Below, in pieces: positions 1-13,941 of a stretch of 64,000 nt of DNA. A program made the position numbers and the translations under genes. The notes under the pieces were generated by a model. That model was given only the letters and a program-made list of their open reading frames with translations, searched no databases and was not told the origin of the DNA. This DNA is from the human T2T-CHM13v2.0 reference genome, Homo sapiens. The stretch lies in the NCBI RefSeq assembly GCF_009914755.1, contig NC_060947.1; one strand, 5' to 3'. Each line of letters begins with the position of its first letter. Positions within the stretch are counted from its first letter, which is position 1.

Positions 1-451
1 TAGGTTATGTTTATGAGACTCATTTCTAGTTACAGTCATTTTTATAAAATAATAGAACAAAATGCAATAACACATTCGAATGATTGCAAAAGCACTGATG
101 GCTGTACAAAGATGGTGAATCACCTAAAAATGGATAAAGTCTAACACAGGAAAGTCCAAAAGCACATTTAAGTTGTAGTGAAATCTAACCTTTGGCAAAA
201 TCAACACTCATAATAACCCCTGCATAGCTCTAGGAAGAAACCCTAATAAATAGATATATTCCACTATTTTTAAAAATATATGTATTTTTAAAAAATCTGT
301 ACAGTAAGTTTTTTTAAGTCCAAAATGCTAAAAGTCCTTTAATAAAAAACAGTTCCTTGACCTACCCTGATCAACTTCATTCCCTAGTGGCAAACTCTTT
401 CAAATCTGTAACTCTTTCCTCTGATATTTATGTCTATTTTCCAAAATGTTC

Positions 452-454
<3 letters not shown>

Positions 455-486
<32 letters not shown>
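455..486. repeat. (AC)16 microsatellite
   Basis: Perfect AC dinucleotide run read directly. Confidence 0.97.
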
Positions 487-488
<2 letters not shown>

Positions 489-739
489 TTATTGGATCAA
501 GTTTAGACATTGTCTATTGAGTATTATTATGTCAAATCTGGAGTTTAGCTCACATACATACTCTTCTCTATTGCATCCCACATCCTTCCAGTATGTCTTA
601 CTTTTTTATGGAAATATGTATTATACATTTACTACTGTGTTTATGCAGTATAATTCAATGTTGAGCCAATTAGTGAACTATGAATACATTTACTTTCTTT
701 TTCAATTTGCTTTTATTCCTAGAGTTACTTATTAACTAA

Positions 740-1049
<310 letters not shown>

Positions 1050-1714
1050 AGTTTTGTTTTACATGTGATGAAGTCTTCTAACATAGTTCAAAAGTTCTGT
1101 AAAGAGATTTATAACAATTTTCTATACCTTGTCAGATGACATAAACTTTAAGTTTCAGTAGAAGGTAAATTTCAAGAAGTCAGAAACTTAATTTTGTTCA
1201 TAACTATAGCCTGAGTGCCTCTAACAGGCTCCAAAGCATAATATATTCTCCGTAGATACTTGTTGCATGGAAAATGAAAATAATAATTTATCATTTTTAT
1301 TTTTCCCTGGAAGCAGTCCCCCTGAAACCTTCCAATCTTTTGCTCCAATCTGGACTGACTGCTTACTTCATAGCTGACATCTTGGGACTTACCTTCAAGT
1401 ATTATTTGGTTGTTTTTTTTCCCTGGATCCTGTGTCTTCTATTTTCTTGGTTTGCACCCTCATTTCATAGAATATATCCTTCAGAAGCTTCTTGAGTATG
1501 AAAGTTTTTATGGAAGATAAATACTGCACTTGCACATCTAAAACTATTTTTACCATATACTTGCTTGATAATTTAGTTTCATATAAAATTAAAATTTGAA
1601 AATGGTTTTTATGCAGACTTTTGAATGCATTTCTCTATTGTCTTCTATCTTCCAGTATTGATTACCATTTCATCACCCTTTGCAGACACTTGAAAAGCCA
1701 GAAACAAACTCGTA

Positions 1715-2796
1715 TGATATGGTCTGTCTCTGTGTCCCACCCAAATCTCATCTTGAATTGTAATCCAAATTGTAATCCCCACGTGTTGGGGAAGGGACAT
1801 TGTGGGGGGTGATTAGATTGTGGGGGGTTCTTATAATAGTGAGTGAGTTCTCATGAGATTTGATGGTTTTATACCTTCACTCTGCACTTCTCTCTCCTGC
1901 CACCTTGAGAAAAAGGATGTGTTGGCTTTCCCTTCCACCATGATTGAAGTTTCCTGAGGTATCCCCAGCCATGCAAATCTGTGAGTCAAATCTTTTTCCT
2001 TTATAAATTACCCATCCTTGGGTATGTCCTTATAGCAGCATGAGAACAGAATAATACAGTAAATTGGTATTGCAGAAGTGGGGTGCTGCTATAAAGATAC
2101 CCAAAAATGTGCAAGCAACCTTAGAACTGGGTAACAGCCAGAGGTTGGAACAGTTTGAAGGGCTCAGAAGAAGACAGAAAAATGTGGGAAAGTTTGGAAC
2201 TTCCTAGAGACTTGTTGAATAGCTTTGACCAACATGCTGATAGTGATATGGACAATAATGTCCAGGTTGAGGTAGTCTCAGGTGGAGATGAGGACCTTGT
2301 TGGGAACTGGAGTAAAGGTCACTCTTGCTATGCAGAGAGACTGGCATCATTTTGCCCTCGCCCTAGAGATCTGTGGAATTTTGATCTTAAGAGAGATTAT
2401 TTAAGGTATCTGGCAGAAGACATTTCTAAGCAACAAAGCATTCAAAAGGAAGCAGAGCATAAAAGTTTGGAAAAATTGCAGCCTAAAGATGCAGTAGAAA
2501 AGAAAAACCTGGGCCGGGTGTGGTGGCTCACGCCTGTAATCTCAGCACTTTGGGAGGCTGAGGCAGGCAGATCACGAGGTCAGGAGATCGAGACCATCCT
2601 GGCTAACATGGTGAAACCCTGTCTCTACTAAAAATACAAAAAAAATTAGCTGGGCGTGGTGGTGGGCACCTGTAGTCCCAGCTACTCAGGAGGCTGAGGC
2701 AGGAGAATGGCATGAACCCAGGAGCAGAGGTTGCAGTGAGCCAAGATCACGCCACTGCACTCCAGCCTGGGGGACAGGGCGAGACTCCATCTCAAA

Positions 2797-2828
<32 letters not shown>

Positions 2829-4296
2829 ACCCATTTTCTGGGGAGAAATTCAAGCTGGCTGCAGAAATTTGAAAAATAACAAGGACCCAAATGTTAATCA
2901 CCAAGAAAATGGGGAAAATATCTCTAGGGCATGTCACAGACCTTCATGGTAGCCCCTCCCATCACAGGACTGGAGGCCTAGGAGGGAAAAATGGTTTCCT
3001 GGGATGGGCCCAGGGCCCCCCTGCTCTATGCAGCCTTGGGACATGGTGCCCTGTGTCCCAGCTGCTTCAGCTCTAGCCGTGGCTAAAAGGGGCCAAGCTA
3101 GAGCTCAGGCCATTGCTTCAGAGGTGCAAGCCCCAAGCCTTGGTGGCTAACACATGGTGTTGGGCCTGTGGGTGCACAGAAGTCAAGAATTGAGATTGGG
3201 GAACCTCTGCCTAGATTTCAGAGGATGTATGGAAATGCCTGGATGTCTAGGCAGAAGTTTGCTATGGGTTGGAGCCCTCATGGAGAACCTCTGCTAGGGC
3301 AGTACAGAAAGAAAATTTGGGGTTGGAGCCGCCACAGAGAGTACCCACTGGGGTTCTGCCTAGTGGAGCTATGAGAAGAGGGCCACCATCCTCCAGACCC
3401 CAGAATGGTAGATCCACCTACAGTTTGCATCATGTGCTGGGAAAAGCCATAGACACTCAATGCCAGCCTCTGAAAAAAGCCAGGATGGGGCCTGTACCCT
3501 GCAAAGCCACAGAGGCAGAGCTGCCCAAGGCCATGGGAGTACACCTCTTGCATCAGCATGACCTGGATGTGAGACATGGAGTCAAAGGAGAACTTTTTGG
3601 AACTTTAAGGTTTAATGACTGCCCTATTGGATTTTGGACTTGCATGAGGCCTGTCACCCCTTTGTTGTGGCCATTCTTCTCCTATTTGGAACAGGTGTAC
3701 TTACCCAATGCCTGTACCCCCATTGTACCTAGGAAGGAACTAACTTGCTTTTGATTTTACAGGCTCATAGGCAGAAGGGACTTGCCTTTTCTTAGATGAG
3801 ACTTTGGACTTGGACTTTTGGGTTAATGCTGAAATGAGTTAAGACTATGGGGAACTGTTGGGAAGGCATAACTGTGTTTTGATATGTGAGAAAGATGAAA
3901 TTTGGGAGGGTCCAGGGACAGAATAATATGGTTTGGCTCTGTGCCCCACCCAAATCTCATGTTGAATTGTAATCCAAATTATAATCCGCATGTGTTGGGG
4001 GAGAGCCCTCATGGGAGGTGATTAGATCATGGAGGTGGTCCCTCCATGCTCTTCTCATGATAGTGAGTGAGTTCTCATGAGATCTGATGGTTTTATAAGG
4101 GGCTTTTCCCCACTTTGCACTTCTCTCTCCTGCCACCTTATGAAGAAGGACATGTTTGCTTCCCCTTCCACCATGATTTTAAGTTCCCTGAGGCCTTCCC
4201 AGCCATGTAGAACTGTGAGTCAATTAAACCTCTTTCCTTTAAAAATTACCTGGTCTTGGGTATAGCCTTATAGCAGCATGAGAATGAACTAATACA
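1715..4296 (+). mobile_element. MaLR provirus, THE1D-like: 5' LTR 1715-2058, internal 2059-3923, 3' LTR 3924-4296
   Basis: LTRs start T(G/A)ATATGG and end AATACA. Both share the small duplication TTGTAATCCAAATT(G/A)TAATCC. Internal region starts GTAAATTGG and encodes the decayed MaLR ORF (ESLELPRDLLN...VGNWSKG). Inserted into an old L1, with decayed TSD TCGTA/CCATA. Confidence 0.93.
2512..2816 (+). mobile_element. Alu (AluY/AluSc-like) inserted in the THE1 internal region
   Basis: GGCCGGG start, two arms, poly-A tail, TSD AGAAAAGAAAAACC on both sides. Confidence 0.95.
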
Positions 4297-5631
4297 CCAT
4301 ACATATATGGTTAACTGATTTTTGACAAGGATCCCAAGACCATTCAATGAGGAAAGAGTAGTCTATTCAACAAATGGCGTTGAGACAACTGAATAACTAC
4401 ATGCAAAAGAATGAAATTGAACCCTTGCCTCACACCAAATACAAAAATGAACCAAAAATGTATCAAAGGCCAAAATGCAAGAGTGAAAACTACAATAAAA
4501 CCCTTAGAAGAAAACATAGGGTTAAATCTTCATTATGTTGGATTTGGCAATGAATTATTAGATATGATACCAAAAGCATACATGCAAAAAGAAAACATAA
4601 ATGAATTTAACTTCATCAAAATTTAAAACTTTTGTGCTTCAAAGGACACTAACAAGAAAGTAAAAGACAATCCACAGAATGGGAGAAAATATTTGCAATT
4701 TATTTATTTAATAAGGGCCTTGTATCTAGAAAGTATAAAGTACACTTACAACTCAATAAAAAAAGACAGCCTAATTTGAAAATGGGAAAACAATCTGAAT
4801 AGACATTTCCCCAGGGAAGATATAAAAATGACAAATAAGCACATAAAATGATGCTCAACGTCATTAATTATCAGGGAAATGCAAATCAAAACTACAAGGA
4901 GACATTACTTTATATCCACTAGGATGGCTAGAATAAAAAAGATCGATAAAAAGATAATTGATGACAATGTGGAAAAATTGAACTTTCATGCCCCACTTGT
5001 GGGCATGTAAAATTGTGCAATGGCTTTGGAAAACAGTCTGGCAGCTTCTCCCAAAATTTAACATAGTGGTACCATATAACTCAGCAATTTTACCCCAAGA
5101 TATCTACCTGAGAGATTTGAAAATATTTGTTAACAGAAAACTTGTACATTTGTAGGCATACATTATTTGTAATAGCCAAAATGTGAAAACAACCAAAATG
5201 TCCATTAACTGATAAATTATTAAAATGTGATATATCTATATAATAGAATATCATTTAGCCATAAAAAGTAATGACATACTGATAAATGCTACAACATGGA
5301 TAAATCTTGAAAACATTACGCCAAGCAAAAGACATGAGTTTAAAAAAACTCACATATTATATAATTCCATTCCTATGAAAGTCCAGAATAGGGAAATTTA
5401 CAGAGACAGAAAGTAGATTATTGGTTTCTTGGGGCTGAGGTGGAGTGGGGGAATAGTCTTGTAACGGCTAAAGGATTCAGTATTTCTTTTCAGATGATGA
5501 AAATATTCTAAAATGGATTGTGGTGATTGTTGCCCACATCTGTGAATATACTAAAAACCATTGTATTGTACACTTTAAGTGGGCAAATTTTATAGTATGT
5601 GAATTATATCTCAATAAAGCTGCTTAAAAAA
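4297..5631 (+). mobile_element. Old L1 (L1MB/L1MC-like) 3' ORF2 and 3' UTR; a short 5' piece lies at about 1690-1714
   Basis: ORF2-like peptide MKLNPCLTPNTKMN...KPLEENIG. 3' end TGTGAATTATATCTCAATAAAGCTG plus A-run. The sequence reads continuously across the THE1 insertion. Confidence 0.88.
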
Positions 5632-5998
5632 GAGGCCAGCCAGAGATGGACTTCATCCATGAAATGGTAGTTGCAGTTGTACATTCCCACTGGAGATATT
5701 CAAGAAACTCAATAAAGCACACCAAAGAGAGAGACTCAGCTCTGGGAGCACACCTTAGTCAGGGGGTACAAAATACAATTTGTAACCAATCAGCTGTGAA
5801 AGACTGGGCTTTTCTCCTCATTCCCCCTTCACCTTGGGTCTGACCTTTGATGAAGCATTCATGTGGATATCTGAGGGAAGTGTTTTTAGGCAGAGGGAAC
5901 ACTATGTACAAAGTCATAAGATGGGAACATATATGCTGTGTGTACGGAGTGGAGTGAGTGAAGGGGATAATGGTGAAAAATGAAGTGGGGAGGGGCAG

Positions 5999-6540
5999 TG
6001 AGGTCCATATTAAAAAATGACCATGAATTCTTCTCCTTTATGCATCCCTGCCCTTGCAATTGCACGCAATCCATGCAATAGCAAATGTAATCCATGCCAT
6101 TTCAGATCTTCCCATCAAAGATAGACTCTATTTCTTCACTCCTGAAATTAGCCCTGTGACTTGCTTTGGCCAATGGGACATTAACAAACATGACACAAGT
6201 AGAGTTTTGAAAAACACTTGGGTGTTGGAGCTTACTTTCTTGCTGCTCTTAGAATCCCAGGCAGCCATGTGAAGAAACCCAGGCTAGCTGTGTAGATAAT
6301 TAGAGATGCATGAACCAGTTCCCTTTGTTATTTGAGCTGACACCCAGCCAACCATCAGACATGGCTATTGACTGCAGTTAATAACAGACGCATGGATTAG
6401 CCTAGCCAAGACCAGCAAAAGAACCACCCAGCTGAACCCAGTCCAAATCACTGACCCACAGACTAGTGAGCTACTTAGTTACTGTTTTTAGCCATTACAT
6501 TTTGGGGTGGTTTGTTACATAGCAAAATCTAGCTGATACA
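5999..6540 (+). mobile_element. MLT1-type (ERVL-MaLR) solo LTR
   Basis: GTGACTTGCTTTGGCCAATGG, GCAGCCATGTGAAGAA and the terminal TTTTGGGGTGGTTTGTTACATAGCA...GATACA are MLT1 hallmarks. Confidence 0.85.
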
Positions 6541-6809
6541 GTAAACATAAAGGAGGCTTCTCAGGCACACCTCTGCCCTGCCCTCAAAGCTAAAGAGGGA
6601 AGAGGGGTTCTCAGATTTTCATGTCCTAAAGCCCAGCTCACAGGATTTGGGGCTTAACTCCCAACTAACAATAATGGGTATGCGTTTTCTTGGAGTGTTT
6701 TTTGTGCTGCATAGTCTCCTTGGAGACCAAACATACATTTAGTGGGAAGCAGCAGAAGTAGTATGTGGATTACAGCCTTTCCCCTGGGAGAGGGTGGATT
6801 CTAACAATG

Positions 6810-7052
6810 AAAATGACATCAGCTATCATTTCTTGAGCTCTTGGTATAGCCTGGGGGCTTCCATTTGCATTATCTCCTTGAATCCTCATAATCACCATGG
6901 GAGGTAGGCACTATTGTTGTTCTCATTTTACAGACTGAGATTCAGAGAAACTAAGTGACTTGTCCAAGGTGACACAGCTGGGAGGGCTAGGATTCAAATC
7001 ATGATGTGCCTCACTCAATAACCCAAACACCTAAGCACAATACTACACTGTC
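6810..7052 (-). mobile_element. MIR SINE
   Basis: MIR core CATTTTACAGA...CTGAG...AAGTGACTTGTCCAAGGTGACACAGCT. Confidence 0.85.
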
Positions 7053-7836
7053 ACTCGATTGAGACATAACAAGCTCACCCTGAAGCGTGCAATTGCTGAC
7101 CTGGTTTACTTGCTGGGAGGCATCAGGCTGGATGATGGCCAGTAGATGAGCCCACCCCATCCACTGCAATTCAGCCCCATGCCTTGTTCACTCATCTCTT
7201 ACCTTTGTGTCATCTGCAGCTGGCCTAGGTCCTCTGATTTCTGCAGCAGTGGAACAGCTGGGTTAACCCTTTCCTTCAGTAGGGGATCTCAGGGGAGAGT
7301 ATGAGCCAAGGGTTGCTCCTGGAGAGGCCTGGCAATGCTTTTACTCTTCATTAAAAGTTTATGTGCATTATACACTTCATTATATGCAATTGGGTTTCTT
7401 ATATGGCACTCCAGTGCATAAATGACTCCCTAGACACATTTGTGAGTTTCCATTGTTATAATATAAATGCTGGCCAAGTCACAAGGCAGACATGTTTTAA
7501 ACTATTCAATTATTCTTGCTATAATAACCAAATCCAGGGGAGGTTTTACTTTACAATCCCTCTACAGGATTGCTTGGTGGACCCATCCGTATTTCTATTG
7601 GTCAAAACCTTTCAGTTTTGATTCTGAGTAGTCAGGAAGATGGGAAAGGCCATCGGTAGAAAATTACTCTCATTTCCAATTTATTGTGAATTCAGTTTAT
7701 TGTGAATTGACTTATGTGGTGGGCTAGTTTATAAAACATAAATGTAGATCCTAGAAAGGCTAATATTTTTATATTGAGAAAATAATGAAGCCATGAGTAT
7801 TGTGTAGCTTTAAGAGCTCGTAAAGAGATACACATG

Positions 7837-8060
7837 CATTCATTCATTCACTCACTCATTTTTTTTCAACTGACATTTACCAAGCATTTATTGTATACCT
7901 AGCACACAAAGCTAGGCACTAGCTATGTAGAGATGAATGCAAGACATGGTGTTCACTGTGAAAGAACTTACCTTCTAGTGGAATGACAGAGAAATGTACA
8001 ATTTCAGTGTAGTAATAATAACTGCTATGAATTAGATGTGCCCAGAGTACTGTGGGAAAC
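7837..8060 (-). mobile_element. L2 LINE 3' end fragment
   Basis: (CATT)n tail followed by CATTTACCAAGCATTTATTG...CTAGGCACT, typical of an antisense L2 3' end. Confidence 0.75.
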
Positions 8061-8924
8061 CAGATTAGAGAGTGGTACATGAAGAGACAATGGCTGTTGA
8101 ACAGAGTTCTTAGCAGAAGGGTATGTGGCTTCAGAGAAGAAGGTGTTCTGCTTGCTGGAGTGGGGATAGCTCCCAGAACAACATGGAAACTCACATGTTG
8201 CAGATTGCAGAGCCACTTGTCAGCCTGATACCCTCCATGGAGGATGGCTGATCTGCCTGTTTCTCCAGGTGTTCAGTGCTGTTATGTGAGCCAGAAACAA
8301 ACTTCTCCTTCAAAGAAGTTTGAGCCATTATGCACTTCAGAATTTGCTTGTTATAGTAGCTAGCCCATCCTCGCCCAGTACAGTCACAATGTCCTGCCTG
8401 TTTTCATAATATCTCGATTCTGGCCCCTCCTCTCTGTTACCTCTGCCACCATTTAGGTCCTCGGTGTATCCCTCCTGGACCACAGCAACAGCCTTCTAAT
8501 TGCTTTCCCTCCTTTGCCTTCAGCTCTCTTTGCTAAGTGGAAGGCTAATATGTTTTACAGAACATGCTTTGGAGAAACAATACTTTAGGCCAGAGGAATA
8601 ATATTAAAGAAAGGTCTGCCAGAGTGGGGGTGAGGAACTCTTCCAATGATAGGCATCCCTCAGATGCTCATTATATGCAGGCAGCCCTCTCCTCTGCCTC
8701 TGCTCAGGATAGTTCTTATAAAAGCCCATAAGCTGGATCCCAGCAAAAATGGCTCCGCTTTTCTCTATTTTAGGAATGTCTTATAACATTTGGTGTTAGA
8801 CACTAGAGGAACAGATCTGAGAATATGGATGGTTCAGGCAAATTCATCTCTATTACTAGCAAGAGCGCTCAAGGCATCATGGCTCCTGATTTGGTGGGAG
8901 GGTCAGGGTGAATGATATTTTCAT

Positions 8925-9160
8925 TCCATCTCGACCACTTGTTAGTTGTTGAAAACTTGGGCAAGTTACTTGACTCTAACTTCAGTCCTTTTCAGCTGTA
9001 CTATGGGAATAAATAAAAAATTAAATTCAAAACCAACGTGAAAAATTAAAATGGTAAAAAGAATCTCAAAGAGTTGTGAGATGATGAGATGATAAATACA
9101 ATGCCCTTGGAATAGTGTCTGGCACCTCATAAATTCCTAAACGTTTTCACTATTACTGCT
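8925..9160 (+). mobile_element. MIR SINE
   Basis: CTTGGGCAAGTTACTT...CTGTA.TATGGGAATAA...GTTGTGAG...AGTGTCTGGCAC. Confidence 0.75.
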
Positions 9161-9952
9161 TTTAACATTAAGTAGAAAGTAGAGTAGTTATCATTAATGC
9201 TATTTTCTGATTTATTTTTTAAAATAATTCTTTCCATATTAAGAAATATTTCCAGTCATGTTTTAGAAAAATAAAGTTATCAAGTAGCCAAAGACTTCCA
9301 TGCAGGGTACAAATTCTTCCTGACTTGGAAACACAGCTCATTCTGTTGCTAACATACTTAAATATATTTCCAAATGACTTTTAGTTATGGCAAGTTCTTT
9401 CCCAGAGTTTGATCATATTTAGAAATGTAATACAGTGTTTTCCCTTTCTTTCCACAGTTGAGGAACAGACATAAACAGATATTGAGGACAGTTTTCAGGG
9501 TATTCTCTTTAAAGCTCTGTTAGCTAAGGCTGTGGCCAAAAGGAATATTGAGGCTTCTGAGGATGTTTTAGATCCAACACAAAGTGGTGTATTTTGTGTC
9601 AGGTTCTCTCACAGGACTCCTACCTTTGATATTATTTGTTTTGTGTCCTCTGAAGCATCTTCATCACCTGCACTTTGTACTAGAAGTGATTCATGTTTTT
9701 TGGTGTGCCTTTCAGATCTGAGAGGGAGGCATTCTGATTCTCCTATCTCACCTTTTCTAAAACAAGGGCAGGATGAGTAATGGCACAAAACATAAGCTGA
9801 AGTCCCCTCTGGGATTTCTGGGTAAGGAAGATGGGAAACAGCCACTGCCTCATTTGTATGTACCCACCTATGGTGAATTGATGGTAAATACATGCTGAGA
9901 CAAGTTTAGCTAAAGACAGGAAACCACTAGACCTTCGAAATATGAATACAAC

Positions 9953-10757
<805 letters not shown>

Positions 10758-10820
10758 CAGCTAGCTCCAAAGAAAGAATAGTGTGGCCCAATTAGAACTC
10801 TGCAATGCAAAGCCTTAGAA

Positions 10821-11048
10821 CACAGGCCAGCAAACTTTTCCTGTAAAAGGCTAAATAACTAAATATTTTAAGCCATATGAGCCATATGATTTCTGTCAGA
10901 ACTATTCAACTCCACTATTGTAGTGGGAAAGCAGTTATAAGCTGTACATAAACAAATAGGGATGACTGCATGCTAATAAAACTTTATTCACAAAAAAAAA
11001 AAAAAAGAGGATTTGGTCCAAGGGCTATCTATAGTTTGCTTACCTCTG
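10821..11048. mobile_element. MER58A hAT-Charlie DNA transposon (MITE)
   Basis: CAGCAAACTTTTCCTGTAAAAGG...CTAATAAAACTTTATTCACAAAA...GGATTTGGTCC...TAGTTTGC matches MER58A, with decayed TIRs. Confidence 0.85.
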
Positions 11049-11563
11049 GTTTACAGATTGATGGAAGTCCAGGCTAGGACAAGGAAATGAGCCAGGGGGC
11101 TTGCTTGGACCTAACTGAGCTAAGCCAATCTAGGATTCATATTGTTTCTAGTTCCATGAAACTAGGACAGGCATAAGACTCCTTCTAATCCCAAGGGGGA
11201 GAGGTGAGGAGCACTAGCATGACCCTTCAGTGAAATCCACAGGGAGATGAAGAGAGTAAGGACAGAGTCTGTGGGTTCTCATTCCTTACAAACTTTAAAG
11301 AGATGTGGGTAGGGTGAGGGGAGGGGTATTCTGGCTAATCCATGATGATTTATACTTTGGTATGTCATCAGAAGGGTTCAACTCAAGGTGAGGTAATGGA
11401 GCTACCATGACCTATTGACCTTGTTATGTCATCAAAAGGCACAGCTTTTGACCAGAAAATGGTGGGTTTCTTCCTAGTGATTCACACATTACCCAGAAGC
11501 CTCTAGCTTGTTGTAGTGCTTCATAAAATTCCAAATATGTCAAAAATAATTTGATAATGCCAC

Positions 11564-11567
<4 letters not shown>

Positions 11568-11607
<40 letters not shown>

Positions 11608-11629
11608 TGTGTGTATATGTGTCTGTGTG
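11568..11629. repeat. (TG)n microsatellite, about 19 perfect units plus a degenerate tail
   Basis: Read directly. Confidence 0.97.
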
Positions 11630-13539
11630 TTTAAGCTAGCACTTTGACTAATGCCTCTCTTTGTTCCCTTGGGACCCGATTATAGATTTGTCAATGGGAA
11701 GGGGGCAAGTTTGTCCTAAATGTTGTGGTCATTAGTGTGCATCCATTTGCACAAAGGAGGCCCACACCCAAGTGGGAATGACTGAAAAGGAATTTGATGT
11801 CTCATGTTTTTGGATGAAATTCAAAATACAAACCTTTGTCCATAGTTGTTGGGAGAAGCTAAACAATGTAATACCCTGAGTGTTGCCTACTTTCTGAGGG
11901 GGTGGGGAGAGACAACATGTATTTTGCAGAGGCAGACCTTTATTTAATTAGCCCTGATGTAAAGATTTCTTGTCTTTTGCAGCTACACAGCTTTAAGAGA
12001 GTGCTGGGTACCTGAAGGCCGGCTCCTACTGGGACTAATTCCATCCAGACAGCTCCAAGTATGTTCATTAGGCGCTGATTAGGTTTCACACAGGTGGGGA
12101 AGGTTAGGGGCACAGATAGAGAGGCGGTGCTGATTGTGTTAAGCATAAAACACCATCTGTTTCCCAAGTAAGAAAAGGAACTGCATCCACACTTCTGGAG
12201 AGATCACCAGGCCACTGCTGAAGTTGCTGCTCCCTCCTTCCCTTTCTTTTATTCCCCAGCTACATTTACAGGTCTTAAAACAAGTTGGTAAAAAATAATG
12301 AAAAACAAAATAATATATCTGAAGGCTGTTGAAGAAGATGCTAAGTAATTATCACATTCAGGCTTGCTGATCAGAACGAATGGGAGAGTTTTTCCCCCCG
12401 ATGCAGGCATTGTACTTGGCATGAAAATAGAATACTACATTGTCTCCTTTTCATCGTAAGGACTTTTTCTTCCCCAAGGCAAGCAGCCTGTCCAGTTAGC
12501 CCGGCTCTTCAATGCACTTTAATATGGTTTTGTTTGGGACCAAAGAATGCAAATGAGCTGACATGCAGATCCCCCTTTTCTAACAGAAAATAAACAGCCT
12601 GGAGGCGCATGGGGGAGGAGAGGCAGCAGTTGGTGAAATGAGCTGATAAGCACTTGAGTTCACCTGATAAGGGCTCCTCGCTACTGTTCTGTTCACCCAC
12701 ACAGAACCAGAAGCTCACAATGCTGTCGTCATTCCATCCAGCCTCCCAGAGCAAACCACCCCACCACCTGGCCTCTCCCCATTCACCATTCCTCTTTCCT
12801 GCCAAGAAAACTTTCCTACCCAGCAGGTGGTGGCAGGCAGGGCAGTGGGGGGATGGGGGGAATCCAGAGCAGGGTGCAGAGCTTGTCCCCCTCCTACTCT
12901 TCAATTAATGACCTCACTGGTAAAGAGTCCCATCTTTATTATTGTTAGAGCTCAGCAAAACCAGCTGGAAGCCAATCAGTGTGACTCCCGCCCCCCATCC
13001 CAGGCGCATGAAGGAGCAGGAGGCCTTACCCTAGAGCCATGGCCAGCAAACCATTCTGGGGCACTTGTGGTAGACTTCAGTTCTGTGGGTGCAGTGTGAG
13101 ATGCGCAGCCTGGAACTGGGTGATGCCTACTTTCACTGGATTCTCTGGGGTAGCTTTGTTGGAATTGTGGGGGAGTCAGGCCCCAGCATGCAGTGAGGGC
13201 AGCTCTGGTGGGGGAAGGGCAGTCTATCACTGCTGTCAGACACAAAGGGCCCAAAGACTCCCCAACTCCAGAAGCTAATGCAGGATAACTGACCTCCTTC
13301 CTTCCTTCAGTTCAGTAGTCCTGACTGCTTCTTTTTAGTGGGCACTTTATATATATGAAAAGCATGGCCTCAGCAGAGATGTCTCCTAAATTGGAAATCA
13401 GTTTCCAGTAAGGGGACCCCACGGACTGCTCTTTGCCAATGACTAGTAATGTTAATTTTAACTGGGCACTCAAGGCCCTCCACCATCCAACACTCACCCA
13501 ACCCCCAATACCTGATCTCAGAGGGATCCAGACTGAGTG

Positions 13540-13900
13540 CCTGGCTCTCCTCCACTGTGCTGAGCATGCTCCCACCCCAACATTTGCATGCATGTCATTT
13601 TTCCTGACTGGAATGACCACTTTCTATTCTTTCCATTGTGTCTCAACCTCTTCTTCAAAGGGCATTGAAGCTTTCCCCAATTTTGTCAGTCCATTTAGAC
13701 CTATTTCTCTTCTGAATACCTCTGGCAATTACTATATGTCTTCTGGGATTCTTAATGTGTGTCTCTCATGGTTTTCTTGCCTCTATCTATAGTTTGCAAG
13801 CTCTCTGAATGCAGAGCCTTTTTCTTCTATTCCTTCATCTCCCCTATAAAATGTAGCACAGAGCTTGGCCAATATTGAAATTTTCTTGGCTTAGTAAATG
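13540..13900 (+). mobile_element. L2 3' fragment, highly diverged
   Basis: TGCAAGCTCTCTGAATGCAGAG...TAGCACAGAGCTTGGC...CTTAGTAAATGT resembles the L2 3' end. Confidence 0.55.
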
Positions 13901-13941
13901 TGAGTTCATTTGACGGCTTGTCGATTGACAACCCGTGATAG

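Noticed and set aside
2155-3754. ORFs of 158 aa and 161 aa, with similar peptides recurring at 30958, 33591, 34214 and 38297, suggesting a gene family
   Set aside because: These are remnants of the MaLR (THE1/MST) internal ORF, broken by stops and running into Alu sequence. They are not host genes.
12509-13792. Cluster of overlapping 80-130 aa ORFs in unique, more GC-rich DNA
   Set aside because: No recognisable domain, ORFs occur on both strands as expected from GC content, and there is no convincing splice or Kozak context.
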